Below are positions 42,487 to 52,643 of a DNA stretch of 64,000 nucleotides, in pieces; the first letter of the stretch is position 1; each line of letters starts with the position of its first letter. The DNA is from Candidatus Bathyarchaeota archaeon (GTDB lineage: Archaea; Thermoproteota; Bathyarchaeia; 40CM-2-53-6). The stretch covers positions 384,001 to 448,000 of the forward strand of contig CAVPLU010000004.1 of NCBI GenBank assembly GCA_963706285.1, read 5' to 3'. The translations under genes were made by a program, and so were the position numbers. Under the pieces are notes generated by a model. It made no database searches, was not told where the DNA came from, and saw only the letters and a list, made by a program, of their open reading frames with translations.

Positions 42487-43050
42487 ATGAAATTGCAGTC
42501 ATCGAGAAGTGCGCGCAATCTGCTTACGCTGCTTATCTTTGTCGGAATCGTAGCCTTGATGGACTACGCGCTCTTGAGCTACCTCGTGTCGCATGGTCTC
42601 GACGCCAAGTCCTACCCGGTGCAGGTCGGAAGCTATGCGCTTAACATCCCCATGCTTGGCCTGACCTTTGTGGGTGTGCTGATTGTGGCAATCGCAGCTT
42701 GGCAGTACATGTCAGGCACGATGCCCGTTGCAGCGCTGAAAGAGATGGGGCAACTGGAAACCATTCGTGTTGTGAGAGCAGCTGGAGTTGCGCTTTTCTT
42801 CTTCAGCTTGGTGCTCTTTGGACCTTACGTTGTTGGCGCGAGCGCCTTCTGGGCGCAGATGTCCGGTTTGAGTAGAAGCATTCCTCAACTTGCTCCGCCA
42901 CTTCAAGGATTGGTATCTTCGATTCGCCCTTGGATGGATCTGGATGCTTTGACGAAGTTCGCCGTATCACAGGATGCCGCCGCTGCAGCGTTGGTTCTGG
43001 CTTCAGGTTTGATCGGGTACGTTCAGCGCAGGACAAGGCGGGTACGATAG
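42487..43050 (+). CDS. Hypothetical membrane protein
   Basis: Four hydrophobic segments; start uncertain. Confidence 0.6.
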   Translation: MKLQSSRSARNLLTLLIFVGIVALMDYALLSYLVSHGLDAKSYPVQVGSYALNIPMLGLTFVGVLIVAIAAWQYMSGTMPVAALKEMGQLETIRVVRAAGVALFFFSLVLFGPYVVGASAFWAQMSGLSRSIPQLAPPLQGLVSSIRPWMDLDALTKFAVSQDAAAAALVLASGLIGYVQRRTRRVR

Positions 43051-43116
43051 TAGCTTACGACTACGGGAAGGACTTCGGCTAATGCTTAAGTAAGAATCGT
43101 GCTCGAGAATTGAAGC

Positions 43117-43383
43117 ATGAGCCCAACTGATTCTGAAGAGAAAGATAGCCTGAAGAAGCTGACGTGGCAATCGGAAAACTGTTTGGCTTGTGTTTGGTTC
43201 CGACCAAACGACCCCATAAACGCTGACATAATGGAACGTGGAATGTGCATCAATTCAAAGCTGAAAACGTACGACCTCATCGTCTCCGGCCGTGATTGGT
43301 GCAACCTCTTCAAAGAGATAAAGCAGCAAACGATCGACATGCTCCAAGAAAAGGCGATGAAGACCCAAGAATCCGAGAAGTAA
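43117..43383 (+). CDS. Small four-Cys protein (HiPIP-like Cys spacing)
   Basis: NCLACVWF...GMC...V...DWCNLF. Confidence 0.6.
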   Translation: MSPTDSEEKDSLKKLTWQSENCLACVWFRPNDPINADIMERGMCINSKLKTYDLIVSGRDWCNLFKEIKQQTIDMLQEKAMKTQESEK

Positions 43384-43647
43384 CATTCAGAGAATCCTGC
43401 AGACTCGCCGTATCGTACAACGTACCCAAAAGTCTGTTGCAGGAATAGGCACGTCTTCGATCTCACGTCTGATGACCAATCCTGAGGCCCATCCGCCTGG
43501 CTGCAACTATGCCATCAGGAACCATGAACATATTACGATTCGAAAACATCAGGCATACCAACGTCTTTCGCGATGAACATTTGGGAGACTTGACGCGCCA
43601 GAAGTCAACTTGATTCAAAGATCAAGAGCAGTCGATGGTGAGTACCC

Positions 43648-43878
43648 ATGCAACCCACGTGTCCGGTCTGTAGTTGCCCTGTGGTCGAGGGGTCACGATT
43701 CTGCAAACGCCATCAGAAGGCAAACGAGCGATTGGAGTTGGCTTTTGCGAAATGGAAATCGGCGTACAGCGGTCAACTGGAAAAGAAAGTATTCCTCGAA
43801 CGGTTGCTGCAGATGTCTGAGACGGGGCAGAAAGTCCGTGAAGTCATCCGCTTAGTTCTGGTGGAGGAATCGGCCTGA
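43648..43878 (+). CDS. Small zinc-finger protein coupled to topA
   Basis: CPVC...FCKRH; stop overlaps the topA start. Confidence 0.65.
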   Translation: MQPTCPVCSCPVVEGSRFCKRHQKANERLELAFAKWKSAYSGQLEKKVFLERLLQMSETGQKVREVIRLVLVEESA

Positions 43879-45935
43879 CTACCACGCTCGTCGTGACGGA
43901 GAAGCCGGATGCTGCTCTACATGTCGCGGAAGCTCTTGACTCAAAAGGCGAGCCCAAAAGGTTCAGTCTCAAAGGAGTTCCAATGTATGAGGCCAAGCGG
44001 CTTTCAGAAACGGTTTTGGTGTGTTCAGCGCTCGGCCACCTGTACAAGGTTGATCAGGTCAGCAGCTCTCAGCGCGGGAGGTATCCTGTCTGGGAATATG
44101 AGTGGAAACCAATCCACGCAGCTGAGCGTGGACGTGAAAGACATGAAAAATGGTTAGACGCGATCTCCGAGATCGCCAAACAGGCTGATGCATTCGTGAA
44201 CGCCTGCGACTTCGATGTTGAAGGCTCCCTTATCGGATACATGATCCTGAAGTACGCATGTGAAGGAGCCGACACAAAAGCTAAGCGAATGAAATTCAGC
44301 ACACTCACACGTGAGGAGCTACAGTACGCCTACGAGCATGCGCTCCCGCAGCTTGATTTTCCGCTCGTAAACGCTGGTCTCTGTCGACACGAAGTTGACT
44401 GGCTCTACGGCATCAACCTATCCCGCGCACTTACGGAATCGGCGAGGAAATCAAGCGGAAAATACGCGACTCTAAGCACGGGACGCGTGCAAGGCCCTAC
44501 ACTAAGATTTGTCGTCGACCGCGAAGGCGAGATTGAAACATTCGTTCCGATTCCATATTGGGAGATTCAAGCCACAGTAGAAATCAATGGAGAAACACTA
44601 CGCGCTGAATTTGAGACCCAGAAGTTAGATGTGAAAGTGCAAGCTGATAATGTCGCATCGCTCTCAGATGGAAAAGAAGGGCTGATTGAGAACATCGAAT
44701 CTAGGACAGCCCAGGTTCCTTCGCCATTTCCTTTCGATCTTTCATCGCTACAAACAGAGGCGTACAGACACTTCGGAATGACGCCGCGCCTAAGCTTGGC
44801 AATTGCAGAGCGTCTCTACCTTGATGCTCTGATATCGTATCCTAGGACCTCTAGTCAGAAGCTCCCTGTGTCGATTGACTACAAGCGAATTCTTCAGGGT
44901 CTCAGCAAGAATCCGAGCTACGCACAGTCTTCAGCGAAGCTATTGAATCTGCAGAAACTTCGCCCCAACGAGGGAAAGAAGACTGACCCAGCCCACCCTG
45001 CAGTGTATCCAACCGGCACATTTCCGAGACGATCACTCGACCCTAAGGAATCCAAGCTGTACGACTTGATCGTCAAACGTTTCATGGCAACTTTTGCATC
45101 ATCAGCGACCCGAGAGACCATGAAAGCCACAATCAGGGTGAACAATCTCAGATACTACTTGAGAGGATCCCGCATTCTGGCCGCCGGCTGGATTGATTTC
45201 TACAAACCGTATGCAAAATTCGAGGATGTGAACCTCCCGCAACTCAGCAAGGGTACTACGGCAAAATTTCTCTCCGTGAAAGCCGTTGAGAAGTTCTCGC
45301 AACCCCCGCCTAGGTACAATCCAAGCAGCCTGCTTCGTGAAATGGAAGCAAACGAGATAGGAACGAAGGCTACCCGAGCCGAGATTGTCGAGACTCTGAT
45401 TCGAAGATCGTACATCCGAGGAGACAGGATCGAAGCCACCCCGCTCGGGATCCAGATAGTCGACGTGCTTGACAGGTTCTGTCCAAGAGTTCTCGATGTC
45501 GCTTTCACTCGAGAGCTCGAACAGATGATGGCGAACATCGAACTCGGAAAGGAGGAGAAGCAACGTGTCGTCAACGAAGCGATCGGTCACCTGAAACCGA
45601 TTATGGAAGATTTGAAGGCTCACGAGAAGGAAGTAGGCGAACAGCTCACCTACACGATCAGACAGGCACGGAATGCAGAGCTGACTCTATCTGTTCCCTG
45701 CCCAAAGTGCGGTCGCGTATTGCAGGTCGTCAAGAGTCGGAAAAGCGGCAAGAGGTTCATCGGATGCCTTGGAAAGTGGGAAGGTGAATGCAGTTTCACG
45801 CTACCTCTCCCCCAGCTCGGGACCTTGACTCTGCTCGATCAGAAATGTAGCAAATGCGGATTTCAGCTTGTCAAGGTCGCATCGAAAGGAAGACGTCCAT
45901 TGGTGGCGTGTTCGATGTGTTATGTTAACAAGTAG
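43875..45935 (+). CDS. topA: Type IA DNA topoisomerase; probable CTG start
   Basis: EKP, GHL, DFDVEG (TOPRIM), STGRVQ, ISYPRT catalytic Tyr, C-terminal Zn ribbons; GGAGG SD before CTG 43875. Confidence 0.95.
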   Translation: MTTTLVVTEKPDAALHVAEALDSKGEPKRFSLKGVPMYEAKRLSETVLVCSALGHLYKVDQVSSSQRGRYPVWEYEWKPIHAAERGRERHEKWLDAISEIAKQADAFVNACDFDVEGSLIGYMILKYACEGADTKAKRMKFSTLTREELQYAYEHALPQLDFPLVNAGLCRHEVDWLYGINLSRALTESARKSSGKYATLSTGRVQGPTLRFVVDREGEIETFVPIPYWEIQATVEINGETLRAEFETQKLDVKVQADNVASLSDGKEGLIENIESRTAQVPSPFPFDLSSLQTEAYRHFGMTPRLSLAIAERLYLDALISYPRTSSQKLPVSIDYKRILQGLSKNPSYAQSSAKLLNLQKLRPNEGKKTDPAHPAVYPTGTFPRRSLDPKESKLYDLIVKRFMATFASSATRETMKATIRVNNLRYYLRGSRILAAGWIDFYKPYAKFEDVNLPQLSKGTTAKFLSVKAVEKFSQPPPRYNPSSLLREMEANEIGTKATRAEIVETLIRRSYIRGDRIEATPLGIQIVDVLDRFCPRVLDVAFTRELEQMMANIELGKEEKQRVVNEAIGHLKPIMEDLKAHEKEVGEQLTYTIRQARNAELTLSVPCPKCGRVLQVVKSRKSGKRFIGCLGKWEGECSFTLPLPQLGTLTLLDQKCSKCGFQLVKVASKGRRPLVACSMCYVNK

Positions 45936-45940
45936 TATCA

Positions 45941-46850
45941 TCATTTAGTAGTTGTAATTCTGTTCCATATCGCGTGTTGTCTCCCAGTTCGCACATCCAA
46001 CCAAGCAAGCAGTCTGATTGCAGTCTCAAGTTCCATCAGAAATAGGGCCCCGATGATACTTTGCGGATGCGAGGCAGCCTCGCGAATCATCGCCAGTGCA
46101 AGAATCATTGTGTGATCAAGTGGCCAGCCCTTCAATATTCGCGAATCTTCCCATCTGATTCTTGATCTGCAAGTGGCCGAAGGTGACACGTCGCCTCTGC
46201 GCGATGTAGTCTGAAATGGACGTGGGTACTTTCAATACGAAATTGGCTCTGGTTGCATGAGTGACCTTGAAGCCTTTGCTGCGGGCGAATGTGGCTACAT
46301 ATGCGTCATCGTTTACGACTGTAGGAGGTATTCGTTCAACGAGATCAGTTCTGAAACAGTAAAGTTCGCCCATTACGAATGATAGCTCACCTCTTGAGCC
46401 CAGCTCGATCATCGCCTGCCTCATCACTCGCCATATGATGGCTGCAGATTTGGCGACTGTGCCGCTTTCGTAGTTCCCAACAATTGGTAGCCCTCCGACC
46501 ACGGCAATGCTCTCATCCGACATCTCTCGCAGGATTCCGCTGATAGATTTCTGAGGGAGTCTTACGTCAGCGTCCACGAGCACCAGTATTCCGGGATTGC
46601 ATCGTGCCAAAACGAGGTTGATTGCGTTGGTTTTGCCAGTTCTAGTCTTCTCTTCGATGAGTTCAACTCTGCTGTCGCGCCTCATGATTTCGCGAACGAT
46701 GCCCGCGGTATTGTCTGTGCATCCAGACGCTACTACTAGGATTCTCGTATCCTGGGGTAGCCCCTTCTGATTCAGGACGTCGTCGAGCAACTTCTTGATG
46801 TTCTTTTCCTCGTTGTATGCGCAAACGCCTATGGTCAGCTTCATGGGCAT
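45941..46850 (-). CDS. GT2 glycosyltransferase (frameshift near 46120)
   Basis: GVCAYNEE, SGCTD, LVDAD, VNDD, QRRR; C-terminal part continues in the 45941-46189 frame. Confidence 0.85.
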
Positions 46851-47036
46851 GCCTCGGCGAGTCATCGTCTCATATGCGGGTTTGATGAAGAAAGAGGACG
46901 CCAACGTGCTTATCAAGCGAACCGGGGCGTGCGTAAGCCGCAATGGGCCTCTGTTGAGTTGCGGAACTAGCTAGCCTTCGCTCGAGCCGCGGCCCAAATC
47001 GTCGCTCCGTTCGCTTGGAGGACAGAGGGATGAATT

Positions 47037-47228
47037 TTACACCTGTGCGTCAGAACGACTTTGACGGGAAAAAGGGGGTCTGTCGCTTGGCGTCTTCCTC
47101 TTGATGAGCCTCATTGGAGTGTTCAACCCTCGTTTGTCACATTGCGGACAGAAATATCCCTCACGCAAGACTTCGCGAGGGCGCAAGCTTATGATGTGGC
47201 CGCATCTTGGGCAACAAAGGTATGGCAT
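47037..47228 (-). CDS. Small zinc-ribbon protein
   Basis: CPRCG...FCPQC. Confidence 0.55.
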   Translation of the reverse strand: MPYLCCPRCGHIISLRPREVLREGYFCPQCDKRGLNTPMRLIKRKTPSDRPPFSRQSRSDAQV

Positions 47229-47519
47229 CTCAAGTTCCTCTTTGCTCGGTAACCATGCTCGATGGTCACACTGGCCAGTCCAGAAAGACCATTCCTTTTC
47301 TGACCGTTAACGTTTTTTGGGCACCACAGAACCTCCGTCTTGGCTTCTCCAAGTCGACAACATCACGGGCACAGATAAGACAAGAGCTTTTCCATGGCGT
47401 GTGTGGCTTCCGAAGGGCAAAAGAGTATAGCCCCACATCTACATTCTATCGAGGCGGGTTCGGGTCAGAGTTCCGAGCGGTCGCCCAGAAGGGTTATGTA
47501 GAATTCGATCTGGTGACAT

Positions 47520-48860
47520 GTGTCGGTCCAAGATTGGTGGAGCATCCTGTCCGCCTTCGCGTTTGCATCTCTCAGTTACTCGCAGCAGCTCATCTTGGTA
47601 CTCTCCGTGCTGATTTCTGGATTGCTTGGAATCTACTCTATCCACGCTTGGATGCTCACACTGTTGGCGTTTCGAAAGAGAACACCGCTAGCCCCATCGC
47701 GTCCAAGCGTCTGGCCTTCAGTCTCAGTACATTTGCCTGTCTACAACGAGAGGCAGGTCATATCGCGACTACTTGATTCAGTCCTTGCATTCGACTATCC
47801 CCGCAACAAGCTTGAGATCATTGTTGTTGACGATTCAAATGATGACACTACAGGAGTTGTTCGATCCTATCAGAAGAAGTATCCGGAGCTCGTGACCGCA
47901 ATCCACCGAGACAAACCCGATGGGTTCAAGGCAGGTGCACTCCAGGTTGCTCTGGAGAGAAGCAAGAGCGAGCTATTCGTGCTCTTCGATGCCGATCACA
48001 TTCCCCAACCCGATTTCCTTCAAAGGATGGTTCCGTACCTATGCTCGAACGGAGCGATAGCATTTGCACAGGCGCGTCAGAGCTACCTACAAGATGTAGA
48101 TTCATGGATAGCGCGTGCACTCGGTCTTGGAATCGATGCATACGCTTTCGTTGACCAAGAAGCACGATTCTCTCATGATCTTCTTACACACTTCAGCGGT
48201 AGCGGTGGTGTGTTCAGAACCAAGGCGGTGATTGATGTTGGAGGATGGAGCTCGCAAACACTTGCCGAAGATCTTGATCTGTCAATACGTCTGCGCCTAA
48301 GTGGTTGGCGATGGGTATACGACAAGTCTGTTGAATGTCCTGGGGAGCTTCCAGCCTCATTCGCGATACTTCGTCGACAACAGTTCAGGTGGGCCAGCGG
48401 TTTCGCGGGTTGCCTAAGCAAACACCTGCGAAACCTGCTTACAACGGACAAGATGTCACTAGCGCAGAAGGGAGAGGCTTTGATCTACCTCTCGGAATAC
48501 GTAGCTTCTCCGCTGATTGCTATTGGCGTTGTTCTCGCAGTTCTCTACTGTCTCGTGTTTCCGGTAGATTTCATATTGTATGGGCCTTTGCACAACGCTC
48601 TATCCACCTTCACGGTGATAATGTCTGCGCTCATCTACACGGCCCCGCTTGCGATGTTCACTGTTGCCGTCTATAGGGCGACCAACGGTTGGTCGCGAAG
48701 AATTGGGCGTGTCTTGGATCTGATCTATTTGGGGGTGCTTTCAGTTGGGATCTTCCTGACAAGCGCCAGGGCGGTGGTCGAGGGTTTTCTTAACAAGGCC
48801 ACGTACTTCTACAGAACGCCAAAAAATGGCTACGTGACAGCGTCAAAGGCAAATGTCTGA
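47520..48860 (+). CDS. Processive GT2 glycosyltransferase (cellulose synthase-like)
   Basis: LPVYNE, DDS, FKAGAL, FDAD, AEDLD, QQFRW, TM helices. Confidence 0.9.
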   Translation: MSVQDWWSILSAFAFASLSYSQQLILVLSVLISGLLGIYSIHAWMLTLLAFRKRTPLAPSRPSVWPSVSVHLPVYNERQVISRLLDSVLAFDYPRNKLEIIVVDDSNDDTTGVVRSYQKKYPELVTAIHRDKPDGFKAGALQVALERSKSELFVLFDADHIPQPDFLQRMVPYLCSNGAIAFAQARQSYLQDVDSWIARALGLGIDAYAFVDQEARFSHDLLTHFSGSGGVFRTKAVIDVGGWSSQTLAEDLDLSIRLRLSGWRWVYDKSVECPGELPASFAILRRQQFRWASGFAGCLSKHLRNLLTTDKMSLAQKGEALIYLSEYVASPLIAIGVVLAVLYCLVFPVDFILYGPLHNALSTFTVIMSALIYTAPLAMFTVAVYRATNGWSRRIGRVLDLIYLGVLSVGIFLTSARAVVEGFLNKATYFYRTPKNGYVTASKANV

Positions 48861-48871
48861 GGATGGGTTGA

Positions 48872-49606
48872 ATGAGAAGGGTCTGCGTAGCTGTTCCCAC
48901 ATACAACGAGCGCGAGAACGTTTCGAAACTAGTCCCCACTCTTCTTCAAGTTCTGCAAGACAACAGGATTGATGGATGGATACTTGTCGTTGATGACTCG
49001 AGCCCGGATGGAACCGGTGACATCGCGGAGGCGCTATCGAAGAAACATCACAATGTGAAAGTGATCCACAGAAAAGGAAAGCTTGGACTCGGAAGTGCAT
49101 ACAAAGATGCATTCAGTGAAGCGTTGATGGATAGCGAAACTGGTCTTGTTGTCGAGATGGACGCTGATCTCTCGCATGACCCGGTCTATCTCCCCCAAAT
49201 CCTCGAAGCAGCAGAGCACTCCGGCGGAGTAGGGCTTGGATCGCGCTATATCAAAGGGGGACGCATCGTCGGTTGGCCCCTTGGAAGAAAAGTGGTAAGC
49301 TGGGGTGCGAACTTCCTCACCCGAACAATTCTCGGTCTAGACGTCAAAGACGCAACAAGCGGCTACAGGGCATTCACAAGGGAGGCTCTCGCAAGGATTG
49401 GGTACGAGAACGCAGGCACCAAGGCGTACGCCTTCCAAGTCGAGATTCTGTATAGATGCACACAGCAGAACGTGTCCATCGAAGAGGTGCCCATCACGTT
49501 CTACGAACGCCAGTTGGGCAAGTCGAAACTGTCAAGCGGAGACATGTTCGACTTTCTGAAAACGGTCCTGCGACTTCGTCTAGCGTTCTTAGGTGGCGTC
49601 ACTTGA
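48872..49606 (+). CDS. Polyprenol-phosphate mannose synthase (DPM1-like GT2)
   Basis: PTYNE, DDSSPDGT, MDADLSHDP, GSRY, DATSGYR. Confidence 0.92.
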   Translation: MRRVCVAVPTYNERENVSKLVPTLLQVLQDNRIDGWILVVDDSSPDGTGDIAEALSKKHHNVKVIHRKGKLGLGSAYKDAFSEALMDSETGLVVEMDADLSHDPVYLPQILEAAEHSGGVGLGSRYIKGGRIVGWPLGRKVVSWGANFLTRTILGLDVKDATSGYRAFTREALARIGYENAGTKAYAFQVEILYRCTQQNVSIEEVPITFYERQLGKSKLSSGDMFDFLKTVLRLRLAFLGGVT

Positions 49607-49991
49607 GTTGGCTTCGTTTGTCTACGACCAGGAGAAGTGAGATGATCAGGCCTATCGCGTACAGGATGAGTGAAGCATTGAACGCCAAAACTGCGTCGTT
49701 CGAGTACCACCCGGACAGCGTCACTGAGTAGAGAAGTGTGGCGACTACCTCAACAAGCCCTAGTGGGAACAGCAGCAATGTCAACCAGAGTCCAAAGCGG
49801 CGTCCAAGAAGCACTCCCACTCCAGTGGCGAGAGAGACCAGACTCAGCGCAATGAGAGGAACGAGTCCTATATCGTAAAGAGCAGAGAAGACAAGTCCGT
49901 ACCCCCCTAAGACAAAGAATATCGCGCCAGCGACGATTAGCCCTGGTGCATGAGCACGTTCTAGACTCACTTTTCCAGCCAATGTTTCCAA
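49599..49991 (-). CDS. Small 4-TM membrane protein
   Basis: Hydrophobic helices; probable TTG start at 49991. Confidence 0.6.
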   Translation of the reverse strand: METLAGKVSLERAHAPGLIVAGAIFFVLGGYGLVFSALYDIGLVPLIALSLVSLATGVGVLLGRRFGLWLTLLLFPLGLVEVVATLLYSVTLSGWYSNDAVLAFNASLILYAIGLIISLLLVVDKRSQLK

Positions 49992-50104
49992 CACACGCTC
50001 GGACGCATAACGTGGGGTCACGTATATCATTTTTCGCTCTTTTGAACGGTCATCGGGCAAATAGGAGAATATCAAGTTCCCTTGAAGGATAAGCAAATAG
50101 CTCA

Positions 50105-51058
50105 ATGGTAGGCAGAGTTGAACTGCATCACTACGCGAGCTGGTACAGTTGGTCCCTAGACGAGATTGAACTGCATGTTTCCTCATCGCAAGTCTTTTCT
50201 GGATTTGGGAAACCGTTTGGTGAAGCGATGTTCGTCGTTTTCGGGGTACCATTTGACAAGACGAGTACCTACCGGTCTGGCTCCAAGTTTGCTCCGGCAG
50301 CTATTCGGGAAGCCTCTTTGAACATAGAAACCTACAGTTTCCGGTCTAAATTCGATCTCGAGGATGCTCAGATTTGCGACTTGGGGGATCTGCATGTTGT
50401 TGATTCCGTCGACGAGACTATGCGTCGGTTGTCAGCGGTCGAGAGCGAAATTATCGAAGCATCAAAGATACCCATAGCCATAGGCGGCGAGCACACGATC
50501 ACCTTTGGCACAACTCGTTCCTTTTCAAATGACGTTGGCATAGTATGTTTTGATGCCCACGCAGACATGCGGGATGAATACGCGGGTGAGAAACTTATGC
50601 ATGCAACATTCCTTAGGAGGATAATCGAGAAGGTCGGCTCGAACAAGATTGTGCATGTCGGCCTAAGGGCGATTTGCAAGGAGGAACTAGCATTCCTTGA
50701 GAAGAGCGATGTGGAAAACTTCTCGATGGGCGACCTAAGGCAACACGATGTGAAAGAAGATGTTGATCTTGTTAGGAAAGCGGTCTCAGATTTTGGGAAG
50801 CTCTACGTCACGATCGACATGGACGTTTTCGATCCCGGGTTCGCTCCCGGAGTTGGAAATCCGGAGCCAGATGGCATGTGGCCTGATCTCTTCTTTGCTA
50901 TTCTGACAGGCGTCTGTGATGAAAGGCTCGCAGGACTGGACCTAGTAGAGCTATCCCCGGGTTGCGACAATGGAGCTACTGCAGCTCTGGGCGCGAAAGT
51001 GCTCTTCGAGGCAATTTGCGCAACGGAGGCAGCAAGGAGCAAGACAGCGGGGAATTAG
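50105..51058 (+). CDS. speB: Agmatinase
   Basis: GVPFD.TSTYRSG, GGEH, FDAHAD, TIDMDVFDP.FAPGVGNPEP; true start probably near 50150. Confidence 0.92.
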   Translation: MVGRVELHHYASWYSWSLDEIELHVSSSQVFSGFGKPFGEAMFVVFGVPFDKTSTYRSGSKFAPAAIREASLNIETYSFRSKFDLEDAQICDLGDLHVVDSVDETMRRLSAVESEIIEASKIPIAIGGEHTITFGTTRSFSNDVGIVCFDAHADMRDEYAGEKLMHATFLRRIIEKVGSNKIVHVGLRAICKEELAFLEKSDVENFSMGDLRQHDVKEDVDLVRKAVSDFGKLYVTIDMDVFDPGFAPGVGNPEPDGMWPDLFFAILTGVCDERLAGLDLVELSPGCDNGATAALGAKVLFEAICATEAARSKTAGN

Positions 51059-51060
51059 TC

Positions 51061-52408
51061 TCAACCAGTTCGTTTCATTTTTGACAGAAAATGGCCGTTG
51101 CAGTCATGGGTGTGAGGATATAGGCGCTGGCCTGTTTCCAAGCCGTACAGGCCAGGCAGACCTATTCTCTGGACTTGAGTTAACGGCTTTGAAGTCAGGG
51201 TTCGCAGCTAGGAAACCATTGACGACGTGTTCGTTCTCTTCAACGAGAATGCTACACGTGCTGTAGACGAGTGTTCCTCCTTCGCGTACGAATCGCGACG
51301 CGTTCTCAAGGATCGTGCGCTGAATCCGTGCGAGTGAGTCCACCCGTTCGGGAGTGATAGTCCATTTCTCAGCAGGTGACTTCCAGAAGGTTCCAGTATT
51401 GCTGCACGGAGGATCCAGCAAGACCACATCAGCTTGCACATTTGTCGGGAAAGGTTTGCTCGCGTCTGCGAGCAACGGATGCGCGATTCTGACTCCAAGC
51501 CGATTGATTTCTCGTTTCCAGAAATTCATCCTCTCGGATGACCTATCGATTGAATAGATCGCGCCTCTATTCTCCATCAACTCAGCCAGATGCGTGGTCT
51601 TGGCGCCGGGTGCTGCACAAACATCAAGAACGGTATCGCTTGGCCTAGGATCTGCCAGAATGCCTGCAAGTATGCTCGCTTTGTCCTGAACCGCTATTCT
51701 TCCCTGTCGGTAAGGTTTCGTCTGTACGATGGGGCGTTTGAAGGACAGGACCTTGAGGGCGAGCGGGAGACTGTGCACGGGCTCCACATTGATTCCTGCC
51801 TCCTCAACTTCGCGAAGGCACGCCTCCTCGTCTCCCAGCAATGTGTTGATTCGAAGGTAGGACGATGCTCGCTGAGCGTTTCGTTTCATCAGTTTGAAAG
51901 CTGCCGGTCTTCCAAGCAACAACGCAGACGAAGACACAAACCAACGGGGATGAAAGACGCTCAGGGCTAGAGCTTCGTCATGAGGGAGTTTCCTCAGCTC
52001 TCCGACGATGTCCAAGGCAATGATTCGTCCCAAGACGAGCTCGATCGGCTGTAGAGCTCTCCAGCCAAGAGCGGAGCGCGCAGCACGCAGAAGGCGGATC
52101 ACATCACGTTCGTCTGCTCTGTGAAACTTCGTCCAATAGCAGAACAGTCTTAGAAGGCTCGCCGTGCCGTGTGGAATAGAATCTAGATCGAAACGCTCGC
52201 CAACTCCTCTTCGAATGAGATAGTCTATGAGATTTCGGCGGCGACTCGTCTCTAGAATTAGCAACTGGGCTGTTCTCAACTGATCTGTCCTGGTGATTCC
52301 GAGTTGTCTTGACGCTTTGGCAAATGCAGTTCGCTCGCTAAGTCCTTCGTGCTCCATCCAGCTTAGAGCCTCAATGGCTAAAGCGACAGCGTCTTGCACT
52401 GTTCTCAT
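51061..52408 (-). CDS. RsmB/NOP2-family RNA m5C methyltransferase (frameshift near 51165)
   Basis: QDKAS, DVCAAPGAKT, DPPCS, YSTCS..EENE; corrected tail QRLYPHTHDCNGHF ends at 51061. Confidence 0.9.
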
Positions 52409-52643
52409 CCGCTCAGAAACTATCTCAGATTGCGCAGGAACTCTGCTGCAATTGGCTTTGTCACTATATGTGTCTGCAGTTTGTGAGAAGCAGCTGATCG
52501 AGCGTCCTCAACTGAGCTGGAGTGTCCTGAAGTGCATGAGACCCGTGGAGAGGTATGTGCCCTTAAACGGGTCCGAGAGGAACCAGATGACACAAACGAT
52601 TTCTATGACAGGGGCTCCCAAGTACGCTGGAGCATTTCGCTGA

